A stretch of 64,000 bases of DNA, from positions 224,001 through 288,000 of the forward strand of contig CAWJQC010000007.1 of the NCBI GenBank assembly GCA_963844965.1, written 5' to 3'. Below are positions 17,852 through 28,021 of this stretch, one piece after another. The DNA is from an uncultured bacterium (GTDB lineage: Bacteria > Patescibacteriota > Minisyncoccia > UBA6257 > 2-01-FULL-56-20). The stretch's first letter is position 1, and each line of letters starts with the position of its first letter. The notes under the pieces were generated by a model that worked only from the letters and a program-made list of their open reading frames with translations, was not told the origin of the DNA and made no database searches. The translations under genes were made by a program, and so were the position numbers.

Positions 17852-19282
17852 ATGAGAATAAAGAAAAATAATAAGGGCCAATTATCCGTGGAGCTTATAC
17901 TTTTCTCCGCCGTAGCGGTGATTTTGATAAGCGGATTCGTTTCGCTCGCGGCGTCTTTTGTCCAGCTTTCCGTGCGCAATCTCAATAAACTGCAGGCGTT
18001 TTCCATCGCTGAATCCGGTATTGAATACTACAGGTGGCACCTGGCGCACGCGCCGACCGATTATCAGGACGGGACGGGGCACGCTGGACCGTATGTTCAC
18101 AATTATTACGATAAGAACGGCGTGCTTATCGGAGCGTTTACCCTGACCATTACTCCGCCTCCAGCCGGTTCAACGGTCGTGACGATCCAGAGCGCCGGAT
18201 CCATACTCGCAGATCCATCCATCAATAAGATTATCAGCGTGAAGATGGGTGTTCCCTCGTTCGCGCAGTACGCGTGGGTTCTGAACGACAACGTTTTTTT
18301 CGGCAGCACGGCGCAGGTGTACGGAACCATCCAGTCGAACGCCGGCATTCACTTTGACGGAGTCGCCCACAATCTCGTTTCAAGCGCGCTTACGACATAC
18401 ACCGATCCGGACAGCGGACTCAACGAATGGGCGGTTTACACGGATGGGCCTCCCGCCGATTCGCAGCCGCCGACGGCGATGGCCAACGCCTCAAACACTT
18501 TTTTGGCGGGGCGCGCGGTGGGGGTGCCGATGGTTGATTTCACGGCTATCACGCAAAACCTTTCCAACATAAAGGCAGCCGCGCAGGCGAGCGGCACTTA
18601 TTTCGGAAGCTCAACCGTTCAGGGATGGAACCTCCAATTGGCAACGAGCGGTGTTTACAGCGTGTATAAGGTTACTTCTTTGGTTTCCACCCCGAGCAGG
18701 TGCACGAATGATTTGAGTCAGACGAATTGGGGATTGTGGAGCGTTGGGTCGTCAACCTTGTACGCGACAGGCACTATACCCGCTAACGGTCAGATGTTTT
18801 TTGAAGATAACCTCTGGGTACAGGGGCAAATCAACAACAAACGGCTGACGATCGGCTCCGCGCGGTTTCCGGACAACGCAAGCACGCGCTCAAGCATCAC
18901 CGTCAATCACAATCTTCTTTACACGAATTTCAACGGCAGCGATACCATATCGCTTATCGCCCAAAACAACATCAATGTCGGTCTTATGAGCGACGATAAC
19001 CTTTACATTGACGGGGCGCTAATTGCGCAAAACGGCTGGGTGGGGCGTTATTACTATAATTCCAACTGCGGCACCACGCAGCTGCGCACGTCGCTCAACA
19101 CGCTGGGCATGTTGGGGACCAGCATCAGATCGGCGTTTTATTATTCCGGCTACGGCGGAGGCGATAGCGGATATCAGACAAGAATTTACACTTACGATTC
19201 AAACTTGCTGTACGCGCCGCCGCCAGGGTTTCCGCTTACAACGGCGCAGTATACGCCGATTTCCTGGACGGAGGTACAATAA
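17852..19282 (+). CDS. PilX-like / pilus-associated large protein with an N-terminal pseudo-prepilin hydrophobic segment
   Basis: N-terminus KGQLSVELILFSAVAVILISGFV; 476 aa; position within the pilin operon. Confidence 0.5.
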   Translation: MRIKKNNKGQLSVELILFSAVAVILISGFVSLAASFVQLSVRNLNKLQAFSIAESGIEYYRWHLAHAPTDYQDGTGHAGPYVHNYYDKNGVLIGAFTLTITPPPAGSTVVTIQSAGSILADPSINKIISVKMGVPSFAQYAWVLNDNVFFGSTAQVYGTIQSNAGIHFDGVAHNLVSSALTTYTDPDSGLNEWAVYTDGPPADSQPPTAMANASNTFLAGRAVGVPMVDFTAITQNLSNIKAAAQASGTYFGSSTVQGWNLQLATSGVYSVYKVTSLVSTPSRCTNDLSQTNWGLWSVGSSTLYATGTIPANGQMFFEDNLWVQGQINNKRLTIGSARFPDNASTRSSITVNHNLLYTNFNGSDTISLIAQNNINVGLMSDDNLYIDGALIAQNGWVGRYYYNSNCGTTQLRTSLNTLGMLGTSIRSAFYYSGYGGGDSGYQTRIYTYDSNLLYAPPPGFPLTTAQYTPISWTEVQ

Positions 19283-19320
19283 TTTATCAATTATAATAAA
19301 ATAATATTAATCGGTTTGCC

Positions 19321-19353
19321 GGTTAACGAGTTAACTCGTTAACGCGTTAATCC
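19321..19353. promoter_or_regulatory. GTTAAC-rich palindromic motif cluster (GGTTAACGAGTTAACTCGTTAACGCGTTAA) upstream of the pilin gene
   Basis: Perfect 12-bp palindrome CGAGTTAACTCG flanked by further GTTAAC copies, 30 nt before the pilin ATG. Confidence 0.4.
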
Positions 19354-19383
19354 CCCAGCCATTAATTTTAATAATTAAATAAT

Positions 19384-19845
19384 ATGATTGGAAATAACCG
19401 AAACGGAATGACGCTTGTGGAAATTGTTATTACCATGGCACTTTTGGCGATCGTCCTTGGCGTCAGCGTTGTGGTCATGAATCCAGCGGGCCAGCTCGCG
19501 AGTTCGCGCAACAGCAAGAGAACGTTGGATTTGCAGACGATCATGAACGGTATCCGCGCTAACATTGCCGACCAGTCGGGACAGACGTTTTCCTGCGCCG
19601 CCGGTCCGGTGCCGACGTCCACGAAACGAATGGCGCCCGGCACCGGAAACTACGACATAGCATCATGCCTTGTGCCCACATATCTTTTGGCTCTGCCGTT
19701 TGACCCCTCCACCTCGAGCGCGCACTATACCTCAAACAGCAATTACGATACTGGATATTACATAATGCAGAATTCCTCCACGGGTCAGATCACCTTGACC
19801 GCGCCGGCGGCGGAACTCCAGAAAACGATTTCAATAACGCGATAG
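19384..19845 (+). CDS. Type IV pilin (prepilin; leader MIGNNRNG then MTLVEIVITMALLAI)
   Basis: Canonical G|(M/F)TLVE prepilin peptidase site and hydrophobic alpha1 helix; 153 aa. Confidence 0.8.
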   Translation: MIGNNRNGMTLVEIVITMALLAIVLGVSVVVMNPAGQLASSRNSKRTLDLQTIMNGIRANIADQSGQTFSCAAGPVPTSTKRMAPGTGNYDIASCLVPTYLLALPFDPSTSSAHYTSNSNYDTGYYIMQNSSTGQITLTAPAAELQKTISITR

Positions 19846-19955
19846 AAAAGCGCACATCATGTATCACATAGCATATAGCACGAGGTACGCATCACGAAGC
19901 GTGATAACAAAACAGGAAACGCGTGCTTCATGCTACGTGTTATGTGTTTCGTGGT

Positions 19956-21094
19956 TCATTGTCCGAGCGCGGGCAGGTATTCCGGTCCATAGGTGGCGGT
20001 AATGTCGCCGTCCGCGTCGTAGACATCCATCTTATAGTAGTATGGATCGTATAGCGTTTGGTCCAGGATTTTTATGGAGTAGGGACCGCCTGACGGCGGA
20101 TTTTCTTGCGTAAGCACCGCTAGCCACGGTCCGTTTTGGTCAGCCGAGCGCGAAACCACGAATTTCTCCGTTCCCAAGGGAAGGTTCTGCCAACCGATGT
20201 CAATATTGTTATCCATATGGTCTACCCAAAAATTCTCAGTTTGCGGCTGGCCGTAGCCCGAAATGCCGCCTTGCGGATTGTAATAGGGAATTCCGGACGG
20301 CTTTGGCGTAGGCGTCGGCGTCTGAGTTGGCGTCGTTGATGTCGGCGTTGGGGATGGCGATTGGCTTGGGGTGCCCGTGCTTTGCGTCGTTGATGATGGC
20401 TGCGTACTTGGAGGCGTCGTTGGCGGAGGAGTGTTGGTTCCCGTGGTCGGCGTCGGTGCCGTGGTAGATGGCGTGGATGTTGAAATTACCGTCGGCGTTA
20501 TGGGCGATGTCCAGAGAACGGTTTCTTCGGACGGTCCGCCGGTTTCGGTGCTTGAACCGGTGCCGGCGCCGTTATTTGTTCCGCTTGTGCCACTAGCAAC
20601 TGCCTCCACGTAATAAACGTACGTCTCCATTCCCCTCGCTTGTTTTGCCGAGTGAGATGGAAAAATTCCCGCTTTCTATGTCGCCTGAGAATATTCCGCC
20701 ATCTATGTTAATTCCGCCAGCCGTTCCTGCGCCGGTCGCGCCACCACCTCCCGTGCCCCCGCTGATTCCGCCGCCTTTACCAGAAACAATATCTTGCAGG
20801 TTAACGGTTTTCCAGAGCTCCCACTGCGTTGTCCCGGCCTTCGCGCGGTAGAATATTTATGCGTGCGGTGTTCGCCGGTATATTATCCCAGCGCATGATC
20901 AGGACATCCTCACCGCCGCTCCGCTGAATTTCTACGGTCAGTTTCGGTTCGTTGGGCTTGGCAACGGGCGTGACAGTTTCTTGGCGAAAAATCGTGAAAA
21001 TATCCTGTCCGGTGATTCTGTAGTATATGAAAGTAACGCTCGCAAGCCCGACGACAAAAAGGATGGCGAAGTAAATTTTGCTTTTTACTGTCAC
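19956..21094 (-). pseudogene. Membrane-anchored Gly/Thr/Pro-rich low-complexity surface protein; single gene spread over three frames (breaks near 20630 and 20830-20880)
   Basis: Signal-anchor ORF 20801..21094, a Gly-rich bridging frame, and the Thr/Pro-rich ORF 19956..20630 are contiguous only if two 1-nt shifts are allowed. Confidence 0.5.
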
Positions 21095-21172
21095 GCATTT
21101 ATTTTAACACAAAAAGCGTGCCATAGTGATTTTATGACCGCAACCCAGGACAATATCTCTTCGTTTCTGTTT

Positions 21173-22334
21173 CTATTTTCTGGATTCCAGGTTCTCTATC
21201 AGCGCGATTTCCAAGGGTACAACCGCGAATGGGCTGTAGCGCATTTCGGAGTAGGCGCGGATGAGGGACTGGAGAAGTTTTACGGCGGATGCCGGTTCAA
21301 TAAGCGTGCCGAGTTGTTTGACTCTTTCTATCTCTTCGCCGGTCAACTCGCCGCGGAGCGCGGTTTCCGTGGCCGGACTTATCTTCAGCGCCAGAATTTT
21401 CCTTACATAATGGATTAGGTCTTTCGTGAATTGGGTCAAATTTTGCCCTTCTTCGTTAAGTTCCGCGAGATAGTTGATGCTTCCTTTGAGGTCTTTTTTT
21501 AAAATTAATTCCGCCAGCCCATCCACTTTTTTGAGGCCGACGCGGCCGGTGATTTCTTTCGGCCGCTGCCAGATCAATCCCGACGTGTTTTGCGGTCGGG
21601 ACTCCGACCCCGCCAGTGGCGGGCGTCGGAGTTTCCAATGAACTTATCTGGTCTAAGAGCGATTCGGCGTCGCGGAAACTTCCTTCCGCGGCGGCTGCGA
21701 TGAGCTCAAGCGCCGGTTTGTCAATCTGAATTTTTTCCGCTTTCGCCATCATCGCCAGTTTTTCCATGATCTTCGTTTTCGGAAGTTTTTTAAAGAGGAA
21801 ACGCTGAGTGCGCGAAACAATGGTCGCGGGCAATTTTTCGTATTCGGTCGTCGCGAGTACGAGAACGGCGTGCGCAGGCGGCTCTTCCAGGGTTTTGAGG
21901 AGCGCGTTAAAAGCGGGCGTCGTGAGCATGTGTACCTCGTCTATGATGTAAACTTTGTATTCGCCGGACGCCGGAGAGGTTCTGATGCTGTCTTTGAGGT
22001 TGCGGATCTCGTCAATGCCGCGGTTGGAGGCGGCGTCTATTTCAATGACGTCAAAAGAATTCTGCGCGTCAATTTCTTTGCAATGGCGGCATTCATTACA
22101 TGGTTCGCCAAGCTTTCGGAATTCGGCGTCGTCGCGGCGCTTCTCGCAGTTTAATAGCTTGGCGATGAGCCGCGCAGTCGTGGTTTTTCCGGTCCCACGC
22201 GAGCCGTAAAACAAATAGGCGTGGCCAAGCCGCCCCGCCTTTGCGGCGTTCTTCAGAATTTGCGCGTTCGTTTCCTGCCCAAAAGCTCGTCAAGTCTCTT
22301 TGGGTCGGTATTTGCGATAGAGGGCGAGTGCCAT
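21173..22334 (-). CDS. dnaX: DNA polymerase III subunit gamma/tau; frame disrupted by an in-frame TGA at codon 15 (22290-22292) and a 1-nt frameshift around 21580-21660
   Basis: MALALYRKYRPKET*RAFGQETNAQILKNAAKAGRLGHAYLFYGSRGTGKTT (conserved N-terminus and Walker A), DEVHML Walker B, SRTQ sensor; the C-terminal domains continue in another frame. Confidence 0.8.
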
Positions 22335-22382
22335 CTCCTAAATTATAAATGAAATATCCGTAGAAAACAAAGGTCGTAGAAG

Positions 22383-23798
22383 TTGCCAAACGCAGTCAAA
22401 TTTTTTAAAATTATATCGATGAAATTGATTTTATTGTGCGGTGCAATAATAACGGTTTTAGTCGCCGCCGTTTTTTTATTTTTGCCCTCGGATGAAGTGA
22501 TTGTTGTTGGCAACGGCGCAACCACCGGCTCGGCGATTGCGACAAGCACCGCCGTATCCTCAACCCTGCTTTCCGTGCCGGAGGCGCCGACTTCATCGCA
22601 AGCGGCCTTGAGTTATGCGACAAATTCCGCCTCGGCATCGTTTTCCGACATAGGGCCGCAGCAGCCGCTCGTGAATCCACCGACAGTCATGAAGGGTGTG
22701 TATATGACCGAATCGTCCGCGGGCTACGCTCCGAAAGTCAACTATATAATTGACTTGGCCAATAAGACCGAAATCAACGCTGTGGTCATAGATATAAAGG
22801 ATTACTCCGGTTATGTTTCCTATCGCACAACCGTTCCGGCGACAAAGGAAACTGGAGCCGAGGGAGAGATAAGAATCGCCCAACCGAACGCTCTGCTTAA
22901 AAAATTTCACGACGCGGGAATTTACGTTGTCGGAAGGATTACCGTGATGCAGGACCCTGTGCTGGCTAAAGCCCATCCGGAGTGGGCGCTTATAAACAAA
23001 ACAACAGGCAAGACATGGACTGATAATAATGGACTTGCCTGGATGGACCCTGCGGCGGAACCGGTTTGGGAATACAACGCGGCAATTGCCAATGACGCCA
23101 TCGCGCGCGGATTTGACGAGGTGCAGTTTGACTATGTTCGTTTCGCCTCCGATGGCGACCTCACGAATATCGGATATCCATACTGGGACGGGAAAACGGC
23201 CAAGCACACGGTTATAAAAAATTTCTTCGCATATCTGCGGGGGAATTTACCGGAAGCTAAACTTTCCGCCGACGTCTTCGGACTTACGACGGTTGACACT
23301 GACGACTTGGGCATCGGCCAGGTTATTGAAGATGCCTACAAATATTTTGATTACGTGTCGCCGATGGTGTATCCTTCCCACTATGCCCCCGGGTTTTTGG
23401 GCTATGCGAATCCGGCGAAATATCCATACGAGGTTATAAAATATTCAATGGACCATGCGCTCGCGCGGCTCAAGGCCGGTGAAGAGGTTACAGAAAACGT
23501 TTCTTCGACTTCGGCAACGTCCACGGCCACGGTTACGGTCAATGTGCCGTACCGGGCCAAGCTTCGTCCTTGGCTTCAGGATTTTGATTTGGGCGCGACC
23601 TACGACGCCACGATGGTGAAAAAAGAAATGCAAGCGACCTACGATGCTTTGCTGAATTTCATATCTACGCCACCCTCGATGATAACCGCAACTTCAACGC
23701 TTATAGAAGCTCCCGGCTCTTCGAATGCAGATTACGGCGGCTGGCTCCTCTGGGACCCGGCGAATATTTATACGGAAGGAGCGCTAAATAGTAAATAG
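22383..23798 (+). CDS. Secreted putative glycoside hydrolase (TIM-barrel, DUF4015/GHL10-like)
   Basis: N-terminal TM/signal, Ser/Thr-rich linker, VVIDIKDYSGYVSY and GIYVVGRITVMQD motifs; 471 aa. Confidence 0.5.
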   Translation: MPNAVKFFKIISMKLILLCGAIITVLVAAVFLFLPSDEVIVVGNGATTGSAIATSTAVSSTLLSVPEAPTSSQAALSYATNSASASFSDIGPQQPLVNPPTVMKGVYMTESSAGYAPKVNYIIDLANKTEINAVVIDIKDYSGYVSYRTTVPATKETGAEGEIRIAQPNALLKKFHDAGIYVVGRITVMQDPVLAKAHPEWALINKTTGKTWTDNNGLAWMDPAAEPVWEYNAAIANDAIARGFDEVQFDYVRFASDGDLTNIGYPYWDGKTAKHTVIKNFFAYLRGNLPEAKLSADVFGLTTVDTDDLGIGQVIEDAYKYFDYVSPMVYPSHYAPGFLGYANPAKYPYEVIKYSMDHALARLKAGEEVTENVSSTSATSTATVTVNVPYRAKLRPWLQDFDLGATYDATMVKKEMQATYDALLNFISTPPSMITATSTLIEAPGSSNADYGGWLLWDPANIYTEGALNSK

Positions 23799-23815
23799 GT
23801 ATAGCCAATATCAAA

Positions 23816-24550
23816 ATGGTTTACGAACTAAAAACCGAAAAGTTTTCCGGCCCGCTGGAAAAACTTCTTGAGCTTATTGAGGCCAAACAGCTTACCATCA
23901 ACGAAATCAGCTTGGCCGAAGTTACGGAAGATTTTTTGAAGTATCTTGAAGCGCTTACGGACGCCGATATGCGCCTTGTGGCCGACTTTATTGCGGTCGC
24001 GAGCCGGCTTGTTCTCATCAAGTCAAAGTCGCTCTTGCCGGACCTCAGTTTAACGAGCGATGAGGAGTCGGACATCAAGGACCTGGAGAAACGCCTTAAA
24101 ATTTATCAGGAGCTGAAGCCGGTGATGAAAATGCTCGATACTCTTTGGAAAAAGGCGGGGCGCGAATTCAGCCGGCCGTATTTTTTGGAACAGGGCGCGC
24201 CGCTCGCGGGCGGCGCCAAGGTGTTTTATCCGGGCGAAGGCCTGGAAATTCAGGCGCTTTTCGGGGCACTTCACAAGATTTTTGAAAGTTTCGTGAATCT
24301 GGAGCTGGAAACCAAATCCATCAAGGAAAAAATCGTCACCATAGAGGAAAAAATAGCCGAAGTCGTTGAACGGCTGGCAAAGGAAGGCGAGTCAACATTC
24401 AAAAATCTTTCTTCGGCGAAATCGCGCTCGGAAGTCATCATAATTTTTCTCGCGATACTACATCTTGCCCGCGAGCGGCTCATCGCACTCGAGCAATCCG
24501 AAAGATTTTCTGATATAATAATCAAGCGACAAGCGGCAGGTAACAAGTGA
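23816..24550 (+). CDS. scpA: Segregation and condensation protein A
   Basis: 244-aa kleisin-like protein; immediately followed by scpB. Confidence 0.8.
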   Translation: MVYELKTEKFSGPLEKLLELIEAKQLTINEISLAEVTEDFLKYLEALTDADMRLVADFIAVASRLVLIKSKSLLPDLSLTSDEESDIKDLEKRLKIYQELKPVMKMLDTLWKKAGREFSRPYFLEQGAPLAGGAKVFYPGEGLEIQALFGALHKIFESFVNLELETKSIKEKIVTIEEKIAEVVERLAKEGESTFKNLSSAKSRSEVIIIFLAILHLARERLIALEQSERFSDIIIKRQAAGNK

Positions 24551-24551
24551 C

Positions 24552-25163
24552 ATGGAAAATTTGGATAAAAAAATAGCGGAACTGGAGGCTTTGCTCTTCA
24601 TCCATGGAGAGCCGCTCTCGGTGAAGAAAATCGCGCCGATTTTGGAACTTAAGATTGAAGAAGCGAAAGAGGTTGTTGAGGAACTCAAGAAGCGTCTGGA
24701 ATCGGACGAGAGGGGATTGGCGTTGGTTTCCGACGAAGAGCGCGTTCAACTCACGACAAAACCGCAGTTCGGAAAAATCCTGGAGAAGTTCATCAAGGAA
24801 GAGCTTTCGGAGGATTTGACGCCGGCGAGTTTGGAGGCTCTGGCGATCGTGGTGTACTTTGCGCCGATTTCGCGCAGCCGACTTGAGTATTTGCGCGGAG
24901 TAAACTCCATTTTCATTTTGCGGAGCCTGCTTTTGCGTGGCCTGGTTGAGAGATATCCGGATCCCGCCCGACCGAACGCTTTCCTCTACAAGCCGACGTT
25001 CGATTTGCTGAAGCATCTTGGTCTCAAAAACCGCGAAGAACTGCCAGAATTCGGAAAATTCCAGGATTTGCTCAAAAGGTTTGAATCGTCGGGCGGTGTT
25101 GCCGTACCGCAGCAACCGCCCGAAGCGAGCTACGGCGACGTACAAAGCGAGTTGACGCAGTAG
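24552..25163 (+). CDS. scpB: Segregation and condensation protein B
   Basis: Tandem winged-helix ScpB signature (LEALLFIHGEPLSVKKI...); adjacent to scpA. Confidence 0.8.
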   Translation: MENLDKKIAELEALLFIHGEPLSVKKIAPILELKIEEAKEVVEELKKRLESDERGLALVSDEERVQLTTKPQFGKILEKFIKEELSEDLTPASLEALAIVVYFAPISRSRLEYLRGVNSIFILRSLLLRGLVERYPDPARPNAFLYKPTFDLLKHLGLKNREELPEFGKFQDLLKRFESSGGVAVPQQPPEASYGDVQSELTQ

Positions 25164-25193
25164 AATTCAAAGATTTTTTAACTTTACATTTGC

Positions 25194-26288
25194 ATGTCCG
25201 ACAATTTTCACAAGTTTCTGTTTCTCGGCGCGATGCTTGTGCTTACGGTTTTCGCGAGCAGAAGTTCGGGATTGGATGGCACCGCGGTCACGAACGGTTC
25301 GTCGCCGGTTGTTGCGGGAGGCGACACCTCTACTGTCGCCGTCGGCTTGCCGCCGCTCAATCCGACTGGCGATTCGTATGGCGCCGCGAGTGCCATCGGG
25401 AAAAATACCATAGATGACGCGTCGGGTGCTGATTTATCTGTGGGATCTTCAACTGATGCGGCCACTGTTCGGGATAATAAGGCCGGCGTGGGTGACGCTG
25501 GTTTTTATTCGCGGTCTGGTGCTGAAATTGTTGATTCGGTGTTCAGTCGCCTCAGTGATGAGCAGGCGCCCGAAACCGGCGCAAAGATCGCGCTCGTTGC
25601 CGACCTAGAGAGTGGCAATAATTTTTACGCGATGAACGCGGCCATGCGCTGGCCTGTGGCGTCAATCACTAAACTTATGACCGCCGAGATTATTTTCAAG
25701 AACGAGCTATTTAACGAATCAACCACGATTACCGACGCCGAATTTACCGTGGACGGTTCAACCCACGACCTGAAGGCGGGCGAAAGATACAGTTTGGCCG
25801 ATCTCCTTAATGCGATGCTTGTTGAGTCAAACAACGAAACGGCAATGGCGCTTGCCGACTCTTTCGGCTACGACGCGTTTATGAAAGCGATGAATGAAGA
25901 AGCGAAAAATTTGGGACTTGACGGTACTTATTTCAGCGATCCGGTGGGACTTGCGGCAGCGAATCAGTCCACCGCCGACGACCTTTTAGCCTTTACTCAG
26001 CACATCTATGCCGAGTACCCAGATATTCTCAGGTTAACGCGAAAAACTTCTGCTTCGCTCCGAGACCTTAACTCTGGCGCGAGGATTACGGTCAAAAGCA
26101 TAAACAATTTCGCCGGACGCGCCGATTTTTTGGGCGGTAAGACTGGTTATACCGACGACGCAAGCGGCAACCTACTCTCAATTTTTTCCTATGAAAAGCG
26201 GCCGATTTTGATTATAGTTATGGGAACAGAGGACCGCTTCGGCGACACGCAGAAGCTATTGGATTGGTTTGAGAATAACTACAAATAA
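25194..26288 (+). CDS. D-alanyl-D-alanine carboxypeptidase (class C low-molecular-weight PBP)
   Basis: Signal peptide; active-site SxxK (ASITK), SxN and KTG motifs in order. Confidence 0.8.
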   Translation: MSDNFHKFLFLGAMLVLTVFASRSSGLDGTAVTNGSSPVVAGGDTSTVAVGLPPLNPTGDSYGAASAIGKNTIDDASGADLSVGSSTDAATVRDNKAGVGDAGFYSRSGAEIVDSVFSRLSDEQAPETGAKIALVADLESGNNFYAMNAAMRWPVASITKLMTAEIIFKNELFNESTTITDAEFTVDGSTHDLKAGERYSLADLLNAMLVESNNETAMALADSFGYDAFMKAMNEEAKNLGLDGTYFSDPVGLAAANQSTADDLLAFTQHIYAEYPDILRLTRKTSASLRDLNSGARITVKSINNFAGRADFLGGKTGYTDDASGNLLSIFSYEKRPILIIVMGTEDRFGDTQKLLDWFENNYK

Positions 26289-26398
26289 CATATAACATAC
26301 GAAATTACGAAAACATACGAAAGTACGAAAAAATGCAGGAATCCTATTTCGTATGTTCGTACGGTTTCGTACTTTCGTAAGAAACGAGCAAAGCGAGT

Positions 26399-27442
26399 AT
26401 GATTTTTCAAACCGTTCGCATAATAGTTCTAACGACTATCGCATTTGTCGTCGCCCTGATCACGACGCCCTTTTGGAGCAGATTTCTCATCAAAAGTAAA
26501 CTCAGCAAGCAGATCAGGAGTGGGACGGACACGCCGATCTTCCAGAAATTCCATGAAAAGAAAGCCGGCACGCCGACTGGCGGCGGCATAATCATCTGGT
26601 CTACCGTTCTGGGTCTCGCCGTTATCTTCGGGATACTTAACAGATTTTTTGACGGTTTCTGGACGTATCTGAATTTCATCAATCGCGCGGAAACGTATCT
26701 GCCGCTCGCGACCCTTTTCATCGCTGCCATACTTGGATTGCTTGATGACTGGTTCGGGACCCTGCGCATCGGCGGCGCGGCTGGCGGCGGGCTTAAAATC
26801 AGGCACAAATCCATTTTATACATAATTATTGCGGCAATCGGCGCCTGGTGGTTTTACTTCAAGCTCGGCTGGGATGTGATAAACGTCCCACTGGTAGGCA
26901 GTTTTCAGATCGGTTGGTGGTATATACCGATCTTCATATTCATCATTTTTGCAAGCGCTTTTTCGGCGAACGAAACCGACGGCTTGGACGGGCTTTTGGG
27001 CGGCGTTTCGCTCTTCGCTTTCGTCGCCCTGACTACCGTCGCTTTCGTGCTTCACCGTTACGATCTCGCGGCTTTCGGCGGCGCGATGATCGGGGCACTC
27101 CTGGCATTTCTCTGGTACAATATTTATCCCGCGAAGTTTTTCATGGGCGACACCGGCTCAATGTCCCTGGGTATCACGATAGGCGTGACTTCCATGCTCA
27201 CGAACACCACCCTGCTCCTGCCGTTTTTCGCGATAATTCTGGTTATTGAATCCATTTCTGTGCTTGTGCAGGTCTTGAGCAAAAAACTGCGGCACAAGAA
27301 AATTTTTCTCTCAACGCCGATCCATCATCATTTTGAAGCGCTCGGCTGGCCCGAGTCGCAGGTGACGATGAGGTTTTGGATCATTTCGGCGGTGTTCGCC
27401 TCGTTGGGACTCGTGATTTTCTTTTTGTCCAGATTCCTGTAG
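26399..27442 (+). CDS. mraY: Phospho-N-acetylmuramoyl-pentapeptide transferase
   Basis: Ten-TM protein with NETDGLDGL and other MraY signatures. Confidence 0.9.
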   Translation: MIFQTVRIIVLTTIAFVVALITTPFWSRFLIKSKLSKQIRSGTDTPIFQKFHEKKAGTPTGGGIIIWSTVLGLAVIFGILNRFFDGFWTYLNFINRAETYLPLATLFIAAILGLLDDWFGTLRIGGAAGGGLKIRHKSILYIIIAAIGAWWFYFKLGWDVINVPLVGSFQIGWWYIPIFIFIIFASAFSANETDGLDGLLGGVSLFAFVALTTVAFVLHRYDLAAFGGAMIGALLAFLWYNIYPAKFFMGDTGSMSLGITIGVTSMLTNTTLLLPFFAIILVIESISVLVQVLSKKLRHKKIFLSTPIHHHFEALGWPESQVTMRFWIISAVFASLGLVIFFLSRFL

Positions 27443-27476
27443 GAAGGTGCTAAGTGTTTTGCTTTTTGAGTGAGAT

Positions 27477-27505
27477 TTGACGAGGAATGTCTGGGTTGAT
27501 ATAAG
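27477..27505 (+). promoter_or_regulatory. Candidate sigma70-like promoter (TTGACG, 17 nt spacer, TATAAG)
   Basis: Consensus-like hexamers with 17-bp spacing upstream of the small zinc-ribbon gene. Confidence 0.4.
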
Positions 27506-27555
27506 TATAGTAGCGATAAATCAAATACTATTACTATCCTTGCGAGGAGGTAGCT

Positions 27556-27777
27556 ATGGCGCAACGCCCGCCAGTGGCCTTTGTGATACTTCTGCGAGTG
27601 CAGGAGATTGACATGACCGGAAAGATAGAACAACTTTTAAAAGAACTCCGTCTCGGGATAGAAGGAGAAGGCAGATTTAATTCCTTGCCGCGTCGATGCG
27701 GCAAGTGCGGGACGATAGTATATGCCAACAGGACAAAATTCCGTTGCCCATATTGCGGAAAAGTTATCAAGTTGTAG
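27556..27777 (+). CDS. Small zinc-ribbon protein (CxxC...CxxC)
   Basis: GAGGAGG RBS 6 nt before the ATG; RRCGKCG...CPYCGK motifs. Confidence 0.5.
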   Translation: MAQRPPVAFVILLRVQEIDMTGKIEQLLKELRLGIEGEGRFNSLPRRCGKCGTIVYANRTKFRCPYCGKVIKL

Positions 27778-27851
27778 TTTTTCAAAAGCTTCTCTGTTGG
27801 CTGCAGTTTAAGGCCGCGCATTAGACGGAGCAACAGAAGTAAGACAGAATG

Positions 27852-27886
27852 CCCGCGGGCGTGATACCCGCGGGATTTATTTTTGC
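27852..27886 (+). terminator. Rho-independent terminator (CCCGCGGG stem)
   Basis: CCCGCGGG-CGTGATA-CCCGCGGG followed by ATTTATTTTTG. Confidence 0.7.
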
Positions 27887-27954
27887 CAATGCAAAATTAT
27901 CATCGGGCCTCACCATTTTCTCTCCAGATCTTTATAGAAGCGTTCCTACTGGTA

Positions 27955-27984
27955 TTGACAAAGAGCGGCATTGCGCCGCATACT
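27955..27984 (+). promoter_or_regulatory. Candidate promoter (TTGACA, 18 nt spacer, CATACT)
   Basis: Perfect -35 hexamer; downstream AAGGAGG RBS and the ATG at 28022. Confidence 0.35.
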
Positions 27985-28021
27985 TTCTACGGTTGGTATT
28001 TTACAACCAAGGAGGATAGTT

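Noticed and set aside
22290-22292. In-frame TGA in dnaX as evidence of UGA reassignment (code 4/25) or selenocysteine
   Set aside because: prfB with its UGA-dependent autoregulatory frameshift is present, and many genes here terminate with TGA. There is no SECIS-like context. The position aligns with a conserved non-Cys residue.
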